Shown one piece after another: positions 19,608 through 36,671 of a DNA stretch of 64,000 bases. How positions within the stretch are numbered: the stretch's first letter is position 1; the number at the start of each line of letters is the position of its first letter. Position numbers and translations under genes: made by a program. The stretch comes from Dictyostelium discoideum (Eukaryota). A model generated the notes under the pieces. That model saw nothing but the letters and a program-made list of their open reading frames with translations. It was not told the DNA's origin and did no database searches. Location of the stretch: assembly GCA_000004695.1 (NCBI GenBank), contig CM000154.2:4576001-4640000 (forward strand), read 5' to 3'.

Positions 19608-20123
19608 CTTCCGCTCCTTAGCCAACGCTAACTTTTTTTTTTTTTTTTTTTTTTTTAGAAAAATAAAAATATAGTTATTGATGGTAGAACATTTAATTTA
19701 CAAATTTGGGATACAGCAGGACAAGAAAGATTTAGAACAATTACATCATCTTTTTATAGAGGAGCACATGGCGTTTTAGTTTGTTATGACGTAACAGATC
19801 AACTTACATATAATAACGTTAGATTATGGATGCAAGAAATTCAAAGATATGCAGTACTTGGCGTTAGTAGAGTTTTAGTTGGAAACAAATGCGATCTCGA
19901 AGATAGAAAATTGGTAAACACATCAATTGCAAGAGAATATGCCGATAGTCTTGGTATTCCATTCATGGAAGCTTCTGCTGCAACTGGTGTTAATGTTGAA
20001 GAGGCTTTCATGGCAATGGCAAATGAAATTTATAGAAATCATATGGGTGGTTCAAAACCTTCTGTTGTAAACCCAGGAAGTGGAGGTACCAGTAACACTG
20101 GTGGTAAAAAAAAATTTTGTTAA
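19212..20123 (+). CDS. Rab1-family small GTPase, at least 3 exons: join(19212..19281,19436..19483,19659..20123). The 5' end is unresolved.
   Basis: Exon A: (D)[22 protein letters not shown] (P-loop), GTATGT donor. Exon B: [22 protein letters not shown] donor. Exon C: [81 protein letters not shown], very similar to Rab1. Ends GGKKKFC*. The ATG at 19214 is out of frame by 1 nt with the P-loop exon. A TACTAAC (19122) and a TTTACAG acceptor (19205-19211) lie upstream. Confidence 0.7.
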
Positions 20124-20635
20124 TAAAAAAAAAAAAAAAAAAAAAAAAAAACTAAATCAAATCAAACCAAACCAAACCAAACCAAACTAAATAACAACAA
20201 TCACAACCAACATACAATCAATAACACTCATAATAAAATGCAATATTAATAATCCTAAAAATAAAAATAAAAAAATAACACCATTTCACTTCGCTGGACC
20301 ACTTGGTTGATTGAAAAAAAAAAAAGAAAAAAAAAAAAAAAAAAGGAAAAAAAAAAAAAAAAACCTTTTACACAACTAAAAAAATAATACCAAAATTTAA
20401 AAAAAAAGGGGATAAAAAAAGCGCCGGGTTTTGGCCAATGGTTTAAAAAGTTTTATATAATGGCACCATCAAAAATTAAAAATTAAAAAAAAAAAAATTA
20501 AATTGTAAAATTTTACCTTAAAAAAAAAAAAAAAAAAAAATCTAAATCTATTTTTAAACATTTTTTTAAAACTATTTTTAACTTTTTTTATTTTTAATTT
20601 ATTTAATTTATTTAATTTTTTTTTTTAAAAATTTA

Positions 20636-22288
20636 TTAATGCATTAATTGACCACAATTATAAATATCTTGAATTAAAGTTGATTTTTGTAATGGTTTAC
20701 GAATATCATTTTCAAAGTTAACATCAACTCTAATTAATTTTCTAACAGTATTATTTTCATGAAGGATGGCACCTAAAGTTTTCCAAGTCATTTTTGGAAT
20801 GTTATATTTCTCTCTAATGTCATAGAGTATTTCATCTTCGGTACGATTGGCATACCAAATGTTAACACGATTCCATGCATGTTGACCCTCCTTACCTTTG
20901 TAATTCATTGCCTCTGGTAACTCTATGAAAGTGGTACGTGATGATATTAAATGATTGGATAGAGTATCTTCGAAATGTTGTTGAGTTTTCATATCGAACC
21001 AATGGAAAATTGATAAACAAAATTGGTACTCGTAGAGATGATTGTATTGTTGTGTCAATTGTTCAAACATTGATGGAAGTATACGAGTTTTGCATAGATA
21101 GTTATTGGTTAGGCCTAATTCATTGATTTTACTCTCGTGTATTGATGCGGCTGATTTATATTCGTTCATAGCTTCACCTTCAAAACTAAACACTGTTGCC
21201 TCTGGGAATTTCTGTGCCAATTGAATTGAAAAGAAACCTTGATTAGATCCATAATCAGCCATTTTACTACCTTCAACTTGTCTATTATCTAAATTTAATT
21301 CCCTTTCAATCATTCTCCATCTTGGTAAATTACGATATGGATGATATCCTTCAATCTTTTCACCTGGTATCTCTAATGCTCCAATCGACTCCAAATCACT
21401 CTTTGCATTCTTAAATAATATTTTCTCACTATCTCTCTTTGATTTTTGTACTTTTAATGGTGTTTGTGCTCCAACAAATATTAAATCAAATTCACTTTTT
21501 TTTTTTTTAAAAAAATAAAAAAAAAATATTAATTAGTATTAAATTTTATTATTATTATTATTATTATTGTTATTTATCTATTTATTTTTTACTTACGGTG
21601 GGAAAACAGTTTGAAAAATATATTGTGATCTTAAAACATGGAAATCAGATGTAACAATGAATAATCTTTGAACACCAATTTTTTGAAGATAGTTTAAAGT
21701 GAAACGTGCATTTTCAGCAGTATTGGATGAATTGTTTTCAATCAAGATGTCAAATGGTGAGACGTCATTTTGTAGAGCTATTTCATTCATTGCCTCAGCT
21801 TCTGAATTGAATGCTTTATCTGGATCACTTTGTTCTTCTTTACCTTTACCTGATAGAATTAATTTGGTTTTACCACCTTCAACATCATTCAATTTGGTAT
21901 AGTATTCACATGCCAATACAACACGCTCTTTTAAAATTTGTGTTGGCATACCATCTGAATGTAATGAATATCCTAATACAACAATTGCTGAATCATATTG
22001 TGTTACATTATCAATTTCACATGTACTTTGTTCTTCACTACATTGTTGAATTGTATTTTTATTAATTTTAATATTTTTATTATTGATATTATTATTGGCA
22101 TTATTATTATTATTGGCGTTATTATTATTATTATTATTATTATTATTGTTTTCAATATTCGATTTAAATGATACAAATGAAAGTAAATAAATTACTAGTA
22201 CTACTACAATTAAAATTCTAATTTTATTTTTGCTTGCGAATGCTGACACATTTTCAAATGTGTTTGACTGTTTTCTGTTATAAAACAT
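20636..22288 (-). CDS. DUF218 (YdcF/SanA/ElyC-like) domain protein with a C-terminal domain of unknown function, 2 exons: complement(join(20636..21494,21597..22288)).
   Basis: Exon 1 has a signal-anchor-like N-terminus and the DUF218 hallmarks (AIVVLGYSLHSDGMPTQ..KLILSGKGKEE..SEAEAMNEIAL..NTAENARFT..LFIVTSDFHVLRSQYIF). GTAAGT donor at 21596..21595 (phase 2) and acceptor AAAAAG at 21496..21495 restore the frame into EFDLIFVGAQTPLK... Confidence 0.6.
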
Positions 22289-22847
22289 TTTTTTTTTTTT
22301 TTTTTTTTTTTTTCTTTCTTTTTTTAATTTAAAAGAAAATTTAGATCTTTTCTTTTTTTATCTAATAATTATAATGATTTATTATTGGAAATAATTATAA
22401 AATAAATAAATAAAAAATAGGTGATAGTATGAAAAAAAAAAATGAAAAAAACAAATAAAAAAAAAGTTTTGTGTTTTGGTTGATAGATAATTTCCCAAAT
22501 AGATATAATAAATGGAAAAACGTCAATGAAAATTAAAAAAAAAAAAAAAACTAAAATTATAAAAAAAAACAAAATCAAAATTTTTTTTTATTTTTTTTTT
22601 ATTTTTTTTTTATTTTTTTAATTTTTTTTTTTTTTTTTTTTTAAAAACGTCCTTTACTTTTCCATTGAACAATATGGGTACGTTAATATTTTTAATAATT
22701 AAATTCACATACACACACAATTTTTATTTTTATTATTAATTTATTTTTATTTTTATTTTTTTTCTATTTTTTTATTTTTAAAAATAATATAGACAATAAA
22801 AATAATAAAAATAATAATTACTTAAAATTAAATCATGATCAAATAAA

Positions 22848-22878
<31 letters not shown>

Positions 22879-23252
22879 AATAGTAAATAAATTTAGTTTT
22901 AAATAAATTCCAAATAGGGATGAAAAATTAAAAATAAAAAAAAAAAACAATTGAAGATAATGACAACAAATATCCATTTTTTTAAAAATAAAAATTTACC
23001 TCCAATTTTCAAATTTTTTTTTTTTTTTTTTTATTTTTATTTTTTTTTTATTTTTATTTTTTATTTTTTATTTTTTTTTCTTTATTAAACACATTTTTTT
23101 TATTTTATTTTTTCTTTTTTTATTTTTTTCTTTTTCCACTATCCCATTTGTTTTATTTCATTTTATTTTATTTTGTTTTATTTTTTTTTTTATTTTTATT
23201 TTTAAATGATACAACTAATACTTTGCAAATAGTATTAATATACTAAGAAACC

Positions 23253-23294
<42 letters not shown>

Positions 23295-23307
23295 GGCAAA
23301 AGGGTTA

Positions 23308-23405
<98 letters not shown>

Positions 23406-23413
23406 TAATAATA

Positions 23414-23463
<50 letters not shown>
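23308..23463. repeat. (AAT)n microsatellite, about 50 units with 2-3 interruptions, immediately 5' of the Myb gene.
   Basis: Visible in the sequence. It lies in the same frame as the downstream ORF, but no ATG precedes it. Confidence 0.9.
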
Positions 23464-23466
<3 letters not shown>

Positions 23467-23541
23467 TTTTTAAATAACTATGGTTTTGAAAATAATCTAT
23501 TGATAAATGATGAACCGACCACGCCTTTAAACTTTTTTGAT

Positions 23542-27525
<3,984 letters not shown>

Positions 27526-27658
27526 AAACAAAAAAAAAAAAAAAAACAAATAAAAAATTTAAAACCTTTTTTTTTTTTTTTTTTTATTGGATTGATTATT
27601 GACCTACAATATAAACGCAACTCGTCTTTTATTTTATTAATTAAATTCTTAACACTAA

Positions 27659-27944
27659 TTAATAACTACAATTAGAGACATCTACACACCAACAAAATCT
27701 AATTTTTTTATTTCTTATTTCTTGTTGTCTAAAAACAACAGGATCACTTATAATATTTCCTTTATAAAATTGAAGTGCCAATCCAATACCTCTTATAAAT
27801 GATTCTTGAATATTTATTGATTCTTTAGCTGACGTTTCAAAATAATGAATCCTACAAAAATAAGGATTGCTATAATTCCCATTATTAATTTTGTCTTGTT
27901 GTTTTCTACACCATTCATCAATTTTTTCTTTTGAAATAATTTCA

Positions 27945-28025
<81 letters not shown>

Positions 28026-28586
28026 TTATTTTTATTATTTATTAAATCTATTTTATTTCCCAAGATAATTATTGGAACATTTACATAATTTGATGATAAT
28101 AAGAAATCATTTAACCATTTTTCAAGATTTTCAAATGATGTTAAATTATTTAAATCAAAACATAAAAAACAACAATGAGCACCTCTATAAAATATATTTA
28201 AAGGATAATTTATATTATTCATTTTATTTGGAATATCCCAGATCTATATTTTAATATATACATTTAAATATTTTTAATTAATAATATTTGTTTTTGTTAT
28301 TAAATTGTTAAAAAAAAAAAAAAAAAAAAAAAATACAAACATTTAATATTATATGTTGACGTTTGAAATCAATTTCTTTTTGGTGTAAATAGTCCATTGG
28401 AGTTTTATTTTCATATTTTTTCCCTAAAAAACTTTTAATAATAGAACTCTTTCCAACTCCAGAGTCTCCACCTACAAAAATCTAATTAAATTATTTATTG
28501 TTAGTATTTCAAGGTAATTTTTTTAAAAAAAAAAATAATAATAATAACAGTTTGGCAACCTTTAAATTTATTTTTTTTTCATCCAT
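27659..28586 (-). CDS. Rab-like GTPase paralog A, 3 exons: complement(join(27659..28243,28341..28481,28560..28586)). Switch II is degenerate.
   Basis: Exon 1 MDEKKINLK. Exon 2 IFVGGDSGVGKSSIIKSF.. (intact P-loop). Exon 3 begins IWDIPNKMNNINYPLNIFYRGAHCCFLCFDL.., so DTAGQE is replaced by DIPNKM. Then LGNKIDL..YFETSAKESINIQESF. TACTAAC lies 18 nt before the exon-2 acceptor. Exon-1 donor is GTTGCC (weak). A polyN insert is encoded by (ATT)n. Confidence 0.6.
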
Positions 28587-28999
28587 TATTTAATAGCTTT
28601 AAAAATATTTTATTCAATTGTTAGTTATTAAAATATTTTTTCTTTTTTTTTTTAAATTATTTATAAAAAAAAAAAAAAAAAAAAGAGATCAGGTTTCTCT
28701 GGTGTGAAAATCTCCAAAAAAAAAATAAAAAATGAAAATAAGAAAATTAAATAACTGGCATTAAAATAAAGCAATTTTCATTTCCCAAATGAGTTACTTT
28801 ATTAATTTTTGATAATTTTTAATTTTATTGTGAGAAGTATTATTAATATTGATATTAATGGACCAAATTTTTATTTTATACTTTTATTTTTGAATTTATT
28901 TAATTACTATTCATTACTATTAATTAAAAATTCGAGTGATTTACAATATCTTCTAATTATGGTTTATTTTTTTATTTTATTTTTTTTATTTTTTTTTTT

Positions 29000-29789
29000 C
29001 TAACAACAATATCCAGGTTTTACTTCTTGAAGTGAATCAATTGCAGGTGTGGTTATTGGTGGTTTTTGATTTTTATTATAATGTTCCAAAGCTAATTTAA
29101 GAGCAGCATTATATGATTCTGTAATATTTTGAGAAAACTTTGCAGATGTTTCAAAATAATGAACTCTATCAATAATTCCTTGATCTTCAATATTTTTACA
29201 CCATTGTTCAATTCTTTCTTTTGATATTGATTTATCAGTTCTTGGAATATCTTTTTTTGTACCTATTAAAACAAATGGAACTTTTCCAATACAGAACTTT
29301 CTAGCTTCGTCCATCCATTTATCAAGATTTTTAAATGATTTTTCATTGTGAATATCAAAACAAAGTGTATAACAATTTGACCAACGATAATAAATTGGGC
29401 TTAGGCCATTAAAACGTTCTTGACTACAGGTATCCCAAACCTTGTCATTATCATAATTATTATTATTATTATTATTTATTCCATTTTTTTTTTTTTTTTA
29501 ACATGTTGTTATTTATTCGTTTTTATGAGTTACAAACTTACATTTAAAATGACAGGTTCATTTTCAATGGTTAGGGTCTTTGAATAAAAAGATGGTGAAA
29601 CTGTGCACTCATTAATTTCATATTTTCCAGTAACAAAATTATTAAATACAGATGTTTTGCCTACATAACTGTCTCCAAGAGTAATAATCTTAAAAAATTT
29701 AAAAATAAATAGTTTAATTTTATATATAAAAAAATTAGAAATTATAAAAACTAATTAAATTATAATACCTTTAAACTTTTTTTACTCAT
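29000..29789 (-). CDS. Rab-like GTPase paralog B (G-type), 3 exons: complement(join(29000..29440,29542..29688,29769..29789)).
   Basis: MSKKSLK | [18 protein letters not shown]...EPVILN | [59 protein letters not shown] and GTAAGT donors. Switch II reads DTCSQE. C-terminal CC prenylation motif. Confidence 0.65.
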
Positions 29790-30074
29790 TTTACCTTTCA
29801 ATAACTTTTAAAAAAAAAAATAAAAAAAAAAAAAATAAATTAAAAAAAAAAATTAAAAACTCGCAAGAGAACAAAGATCTCTATTTTTTTTTTTTTTTTT
29901 TTTTTTTTGTTTTTATAAATAGAATTTTTACAATAGTGGTGGGAATTAGACAAAACTTAATTTTTTATACATTTTCAGTTTTTTTTATTTTTTTTCAAAG
30001 ATAACTATCCAAAAAAATGAATGTGTATATTCATAAATTTTGAAAATAATTTAATAATTTTGAAATGATTAAAT

Positions 30075-30114
<40 letters not shown>

Positions 30115-30123
<9 letters not shown>

Positions 30124-30770
30124 TGTTCCAACTTTGACTTCTTCCGGCGGACCAATTGGACGAATAATTGAGATATATTTAACTATACTATAATGTTCCA
30201 AAGCTAGTTTTGCAGCAACATTATATAATTCTGTAACATTTTGAGAAAGTTTTGCAGATGTTTCAAAATAATGAACTTTATCTATAATTCCTTGATCTTC
30301 AATATTTTTACACCATTGTTCAATTCTTGCCTTTGATATTGATTTATCAGTTCTAGGAATATCACTTTTTGTACCTACTAAAACAAATGGAATATTTCCA
30401 TAGCAGTACTTTATAATTTCATCCATCCACTTTCCAAGATTAATAAATGATTCTTCATTGTGAATATCAAAACAAAGTGTATAACAATTTGCACCACGAA
30501 AATAAGGTGGACTAAATGCTTGAAAACGTTCTTGACCACAGGTATCCCAAACCTAATACAATATAATTTATAATTAATAAAACAGTTTTATTTTATTTTT
30601 TTGAATGAATTATACACTTACCATTAAAAACACATGTTTATTTTCAACCTTTAATTCCTTTATAAAATAGTCAGGTCCAATTGAGGGTGGCCTATTATAT
30701 CGATATTCTCCATTAACATAATGATAAAAGAGAGATGTTTTACCAACATTACTGTCTCCAAGAGTTATAA

Positions 30771-30810
<40 letters not shown>

Positions 30811-30894
30811 AGAAAAAAAAAAATTTCAATAAAATAAGAAATTAATATATAATATATTAATCAATACCTTTAACATTGTTTTTTCTTCTTTCAT
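30115..30894 (-). CDS. Rab-like GTPase paralog C (G-type), 3 exons: complement(join(30115..30552,30622..30771,30868..30894)).
   Basis: MKEEKTMLK | [25 protein letters not shown] | [53 protein letters not shown]. Phases are consistent with the ORF-track frame. Confidence 0.65.
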
Positions 30895-30956
30895 TTTTAA
30901 ATATTATATTATATATTAATGATTAAGTTTAATTTTTAAAAAAAAAAAAAAAAAAA

Positions 30957-31160
30957 GGGTTTAAATGATATTTTTTATTTTTAATTGTTGAGAGAGCCAA
31001 GATCTCTTTTTTTTATTTACAAAATTTAGAAAAAAATAAAAATCTGAAATATTTGGAATGTTGTTTGGATATTTCTATTATTTTTAAAAATAGAAAACAA
31101 CACCCATGAAAATCATAATTTGAACTTTTATTATTATTATTATTATTATTTATTTTTAAA
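30957..31160. repeat. Conserved roughly 190-bp element; copies at 30957-31160, 33062-33250 and 35649-35850.
   Basis: gggtttaaatgatattttttatttttaattgttgagagagccaagatctc...gaaaacaacacccatgaaaatcataatttgaactttt recurs three times with over 90% identity. Each copy sits immediately 3' of an F-type gene and 5' of a G-type gene or its remnant. Confidence 0.8.
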
Positions 31161-31518
31161 ATTCTACCACAACCCTAATATCCCATTCGATGATGCAGGG
31201 TGGAAATATTTATTGAATTTTTCTGTTTATTTTTACACCATTGTTCGATTCTTTCTTTTGAAATTGATTTTTCAGTTCTTTCAATATCACTTTTTGTACC
31301 TATTAAAACAAATGGAACTTTCTCATCAACTAATGTATTTGCTTCTAATTCTTTTATCCAATAAATAAGATTATTAAATGATTGTTCATTATGAATACCA
31401 AAACAAAGTACACAACAATCTACATCTCTATAATATATTTTACTATCACCGAATGCACTACCATGTGTATTCCATAACTTTTCATTTTTATTGATTTATT
31501 ATTATTACTATCCATTTT

Positions 31519-31555
<37 letters not shown>

Positions 31556-31700
31556 CAAATTGGTACTTACTTGAAATGATACTGTTTCATTATCAATGAT
31601 TATCTCCTTGTAGTGAAAATCTAGTGCAATTGAGTAACCCCATTGAAAAATAGGTCTACCCATATATAATTCTTAATAATCGATAATTTACCCACCATTC
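31120..31700 (-). pseudogene. Rab-like paralog D: truncated, rearranged copy of the F-type gene.
   Basis: Nearly identical to 33260-33920 over exon 2 and the 5' half of exon 3. About 150 bp of the exon-3 3' part is deleted and replaced by unrelated sequence (aaccctaatatcccattcgatgatgcaggg...), and the frame is not maintained. Confidence 0.6.
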
Positions 31701-32061
31701 TATCACCAATTGTTATTATCTTGTAAAAAAAATGCATATGCTTTAATACTTATATCTGATTTTAATAAGAATTTTTTTTTTTTTTTTTTAAAATACCTTT
31801 AAAAGTTTTCTTTTATTATCCATCACTATTATCTGATTAATTTGAAACTTGAAAAAAAAAAAAAAAAAAAAAAAAAAAGTGAGAGAAAGAAAAGTAAAAA
31901 AAGTCAGAGTAAGAAAAGCATGCTTTTGAACTTTTTTTTTTTTATTTTTTTTTTTTTTTTGACCACAGAGAAAAAAAAAAGAAAAAAAAAATTTGGTTGT
32001 TCACCACCAACTTTTTGCTTCTATAATTTATTTTTTTAAAAAATCAATAATAATAATAATG

Positions 32062-32093
<32 letters not shown>

Positions 32094-32717
32094 TCAACAA
32101 CTTGATGATTTGATATTATTGTTATTTGATATTTCCAGTGTTGGATTTAATTTTGATTCATTTAATTTTTGCATTGAATTAAAATAATTTAAAGCAAACT
32201 TTGAAATGATATTGAATGGCTCTTTAATATTTTTTGAATTCTTTGCAGATGTTTCAAAATAATGAACTTTATCTATAATCCTTTGATCTTCAATATTTTT
32301 ACACCATTGTTCAATTCTTTCATTTGATATTGATTTATCAGTTCTAGGAATATCACTTTTTGTACCTATTAAAACAAATGGTGGTGATAATTTCTCACTT
32401 TCCAAACCATTCTCTAAACATTTTGAATGTAATTCCGTTATCCATTTATCAAGATTTTTAAATGATTCTTCATTATGAATATCAAAACAAAGTACACAAC
32501 AATTTGCATTACGATAGAAATGTCTATTTAAACTGGTAAATCTTTCTTGACCTGCGGTATCCCAAAAATGGTATCCAACAAGTTCATCATCGATCATTAT
32601 CTCTTTATAAAATAAATCAAAAGTTGATGGACAAGTATAAATACCAAATTTTCTACCTGCGAATTCATTAAATATTGCTGTCTTTCCAGAATTATAATCA
32701 CCAATCATTATTATCTA

Positions 32718-32767
<50 letters not shown>

Positions 32768-32856
32768 AAATTAAAAAATGTTAACTTTTATAGTATAATA
32801 TAAAAATAAAAATAAAAATCACATACCTTTAATTTCTTATTTGCTTTATATTCCAT
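32094..32856 (-). CDS. Rab-like GTPase paralog E (E/I-type), 2 exons: complement(join(32094..32714,32827..32856)). Canonical motifs.
   Basis: MEYKANKKLK | [90 protein letters not shown]. Ends ..SSSC*. GTATGT donor; acceptor AATAG at 32716..32715. Confidence 0.65.
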
Positions 32857-33259
32857 TTTTAAAAATATGTATGTATGTGTGTGTGAGATAAAAATAAAAT
32901 AAAAATAAAACCAATCAAGATTTTTTTTTTTTTTTTTTTTTGGGTTGTTTTTTTTTTTTTTTTTTTTTTTATTATTAATTTTTTTTATCTAAACATTATT
33001 TTTTGTTCATTCATTTTTAAATATTATATATAATAAAAAAAAATAAAAAAAATAAAAAAAAGGGTTTAATTATTTTTGATTGTTGAGAGAGCCAAGATCT
33101 CTTTTTTTTTATTTACAAAATTTGAAAAAAATAAAAATCTGAAATATTGGAATGTTGTTTGGATATTTCTAATTATTTTTAAAAATAGAAAACAACACCC
33201 ATGAAAATCATAATTTGAACTTTTTTTTATTATTATTATTATTATTTATTTTTAAAATC

Positions 33260-33721
33260 CTACCACCAACAAATTCCTTTTGGTTTTTCAGGTTCAATTG
33301 AAATATTTATTGAATTTTTCTGTTTATTTTTATATTGATTTAATGCTATTTTTACTATAGTTTCATAAGCTTCAATAATGTTTGTTGATAATTTTGCAGA
33401 AGTTTCAAAATAATGAATTTTTTCTTTTACAATACCTTGATCTTCAATTTGTTTACACCATTGTTCGATTCTTTCTTTTGAAATTGATTTTTCAGTTCTT
33501 TCAATATCACTTTTTGTACCTATTAAAACAAATGGAACTTTCTCGTCAACTAATGTATTTGCTTCTAATTCTTTTATCCAATAAATAAGATTATTAAATG
33601 ATTGTTCATTATGAATATTAAAACAGACTACACAACAATCTACATCTCTATAATATATTTTACTATCTTCATATGCACTACCATGTGTATTCCATAACTT
33701 TTTATTATTATTATCCATTTT

Positions 33722-33753
<32 letters not shown>

Positions 33754-34053
33754 CAAACCAAATTGGTACTTACTTGTAATGATACTGTTTCATTATCAAT
33801 GATTATCTCTTTAAAGTGAAAATCAAATGGAATTGAGTTACCCCATTGAAAAAAAGGTCTACCCATATAATTCTTAATAATCGATAATTTGCCAACCATT
33901 CTATCACCAATTGTTATTATCTTTTTTTTTTTTACATCATTGTTATGAAAAAAAAAAAAAAAATTGCATATGTTTTCTTATTAATATCTGATTTTAAAGA
34001 ATTATTTTTTAATTTTAAAAAAATACCTTTAATAGTTTTCTTTTATTATCCAT
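33260..34053 (-). CDS. Rab-like paralog F (F-type), 3 exons: complement(join(33260..33697,33774..33920,34027..34053)). P-loop and switch II are degenerate.
   Basis: MDNKRKLLK | [18 protein letters not shown] (GxxxxGK-L, the T/S is lost)..ETVSLQ | [27 protein letters not shown] (DTAGQE becomes NTHGSA)..[29 protein letters not shown] donor at 33773..33772 and acceptor AAAAAG at 33699..33698, so the track's MDNNNKK start falls inside the intron. Confidence 0.55.
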
Positions 34054-34326
34054 CACTATTTATCTGATTAATTTGAAATTTTTTAAAAAAAAAAAAAAGT
34101 GAGAAAGTCAAAAAATGAGCAGAAAAGTAGAAAAGCTTCAAACTTCTGTTTTTTTTTTCATCACACAACAAAAATAAAAAACCAACAAAAAAAAAAAAAA
34201 AAAAAAATAAAAAAAAAAAAAAATTTATTTACCAATCTTTCTTTGAAAATATTTTCAAAGTTGATAATAAAAAAAAAAAAAAAAAAATCATCATCATTGA
34301 TCAATTTATTTTAATTGGTAAAAAAA

Positions 34327-34410
34327 AGTGATATTCCAAGAACTGATAAATCAATATCAAATGGAAGAATCGAACAATGGTGTAAAAATATTGAAGATCA
34401 AGGAATTATT
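34327..34410 (+). pseudogene. Inverted fragment of a Rab-like gene (plus-strand [29 protein letters not shown]).
   Basis: Reverse complement of the conserved exon-3 segment found in paralogs E, G and I. Only about 85 bp, with no flanking exon. Confidence 0.6.
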
Positions 34411-34449
34411 GATATATATATTTTTTTTTTTTTTTTTTTTTTTTTTATT

Positions 34450-34640
34450 ATAAATATTTTTAAAGAAAGATTGTAATTTAATTTTAAAGTTGACGAGGTT
34501 GTTTTTCATATTCATGGGCTTGTAGGATCATTTCAAATTTACCAAATTCTATTTTACTAATAATGCTTCATGTTCTTGCCAACAATCAAAAATTTCTTTC
34601 CAGCTTCATCACCCAGTGTATTGACATTTTTCTTCTTTTA
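34450..34640 (-). pseudogene. Fragment of the HDDC2 gene (copy of about 37790-38000 with internal deletions) lying inside the Rab array.
   Basis: agttgacgaggttgtttttcatattcatgggcttgtaggatcatttcaaattt... is near-identical to agttgatgaggttgtttttcatattcgtaggcttgtaggatcatttcaaattt... in the intact gene. Two deletions; not translatable. Confidence 0.6.
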
Positions 34641-34751
34641 TTATTATGATTGATATTAATGGAGCAAATTTTTATTTTATTTAATAATTATTTATTACTA
34701 TTAATTAAATATTCAAGTGATTTACCATCATCTTCTAATTAATGGTTTATA

Positions 34752-34782
<31 letters not shown>

Positions 34783-34783
34783 A

Positions 34784-35606
34784 TTAACAACAATGTCCAG
34801 GTTTTACTTCTTCAAGTAAAACAATTGCAGGTGTAGTAATTGGTGGATTTTGATTTTTATTATAATGTTTGAAAGCTAATTTAGCCGCAGCATTATATGA
34901 TTCTGTAATATTTTTAGAAAGTTTTGAAGATGTTTCAAAATAATGAACTTTATCTATAATTCCTTGATCCTCAATATTTTTACACCATTGTTCAATTCTT
35001 GCCTTTGATATTGATTTATCAGTTCTAGGAATATCACTTTTTGTACCTATTAAAATAAATGGAATACTTTCAAAACAGTACGTTTTAGTATCGTCCATCC
35101 ATTTTTCAAGACTGTCAAATGATTTTTCATTATGTATATCAAAACATAGTGTGTAACAATGTGCACCACGATAATAAGCATAACCTAATGAATGAAAACG
35201 TTCTTGACCAAATGTATCCCAAACCTAATATATTATAATTATTTTATTTTTTATTATTATTATTATTTTTTTTTTTTTTTTTTTTTTTTTTTTCAATTTA
35301 CCACTTACCATCATAGACACATGCTGATTTTCAATCATTAGTTCCTTTGAACAAAAATCAATTGAGCATGACCTATGATATATAAATTTCCCATACATAT
35401 AATTATAAAAGAGAGATGTTTTACCAACATTACTGTCTCCAAGAGTTATAACCTAAAAATAAACAAAAATAAAAAAATATAATAAAAAAAAGAAAAAAAA
35501 AAAGAAAATTAATTTTAAAAATAAATAAAAATAAGAAAAAAAAAAAAAAAAGAAATTAATATATACTTATTTACAATACCTTTAACATTATTTTTTGTTC
35601 ATTCAT
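34784..35606 (-). CDS. Rab-like GTPase paralog G (G-type), 3 exons: complement(join(34784..35224,35309..35452,35580..35606)).
   Basis: MNEQKIMLK | [25 protein letters not shown] | [59 protein letters not shown] and GTAAGT donors. Confidence 0.65.
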
Positions 35607-35823
35607 TTTTAAATATTATATATAATAAAAAAAAAAAAAAAAAAAAAAGGGTTTAAATGATATTTTTTTTATTATTTTTAATTGTTGAGAGAGCCAAGAT
35701 CTCTTTTTTATTTACAAAATTTGGAAAAAAAAAAAAAAAAAAAAAAAATTTGAAATGTTGTTTGGATATTTCCAATTATTTTTAAAAATAGAAAACAACA
35801 CCCATGAAAATCATAATTTGAAC

Positions 35824-35855
<32 letters not shown>

Positions 35856-35868
35856 TATTTTTAAAATC

Positions 35869-36491
35869 CTACCACCAACAAATTCCTTTTGGTTTTTCAG
35901 GTTCAATTGAAATATTTATTGAATTTTTCTGTTTATTTTTATATTGATTTAATGCTATTTTTACTATAGTTTCATAAGCTTCAATAATGTTTGTTGATAA
36001 TTTTGCAGAAGTTTCAAAATAATGAATTTTTTCTTTTACAATACCTTGATCTTCAATTTGTTTACACCATTGTTCGATTCTTTCTTTTGAAATTGATTTT
36101 TCAGTTCTTTCAATATCACTTTTTGTACCTATTAAAACAAATGGAACATTTTCATTAAATAATGACATCCAATGATTAAGATTATTAAATGATTGTTCAT
36201 TATGAATATTAAAACAGAGTACACCACAATCTACATCTCTAAAATATATTTTACTATCATCGAATGCACTACCATGTGTATTGAAAAGCTTTTTATTATT
36301 ATTATTATCCATTATAATTTTTTTTTTTTTTTTTTAAACCAAATTGGTGCTTACTTGTAATGATACTGTTTCATTATCAATGATTATATCCTTAAAGTAA
36401 AAATCTAATGGAATTGAGTTACCCCATTGAAAAAAAGGTTCACCCTTAAAATTCTTAATAATCGATAATTTACCAAGAAAAGCAGAAAAAC
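35869..36491 (-). pseudogene. Rab-like paralog H (F-type): P-loop destroyed and exon 1 absent; probable pseudogene.
   Basis: Exon 3 (35869..36288) is intact and F-like ([27 protein letters not shown]..). Exon 2 encodes ..[15 protein letters not shown].. (the G-x4-GK P-loop is gone). No MxxKxxLK exon-1 homolog lies upstream. The upstream sequence (36575-36760) is a copy of the E/I-type 3' end. Confidence 0.5.
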
Positions 36492-36539
36492 CTTCAAAAA
36501 AAAAAAAAAAAAAAATTAAAAAATCAACTGGTTGGTATT

Positions 36540-36575
<36 letters not shown>

Positions 36576-36671
36576 TATTGGTCACCACCAGGTTGTTTCT
36601 TCTGTAATTTATTTTTTTATTATTATTACTACTATTATTATTAGATATTTCCAGTTTTGTAATTAATTGAA

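Noticed and set aside
31120-31368. Plus-strand ORFs 31120..31368 and 33382..33588 (..[27 protein letters not shown]..).
   Set aside because: They are the antisense of Rab-like exon 3 in paralogs D and F. The identical 'protein' appears twice only because the DNA is duplicated.
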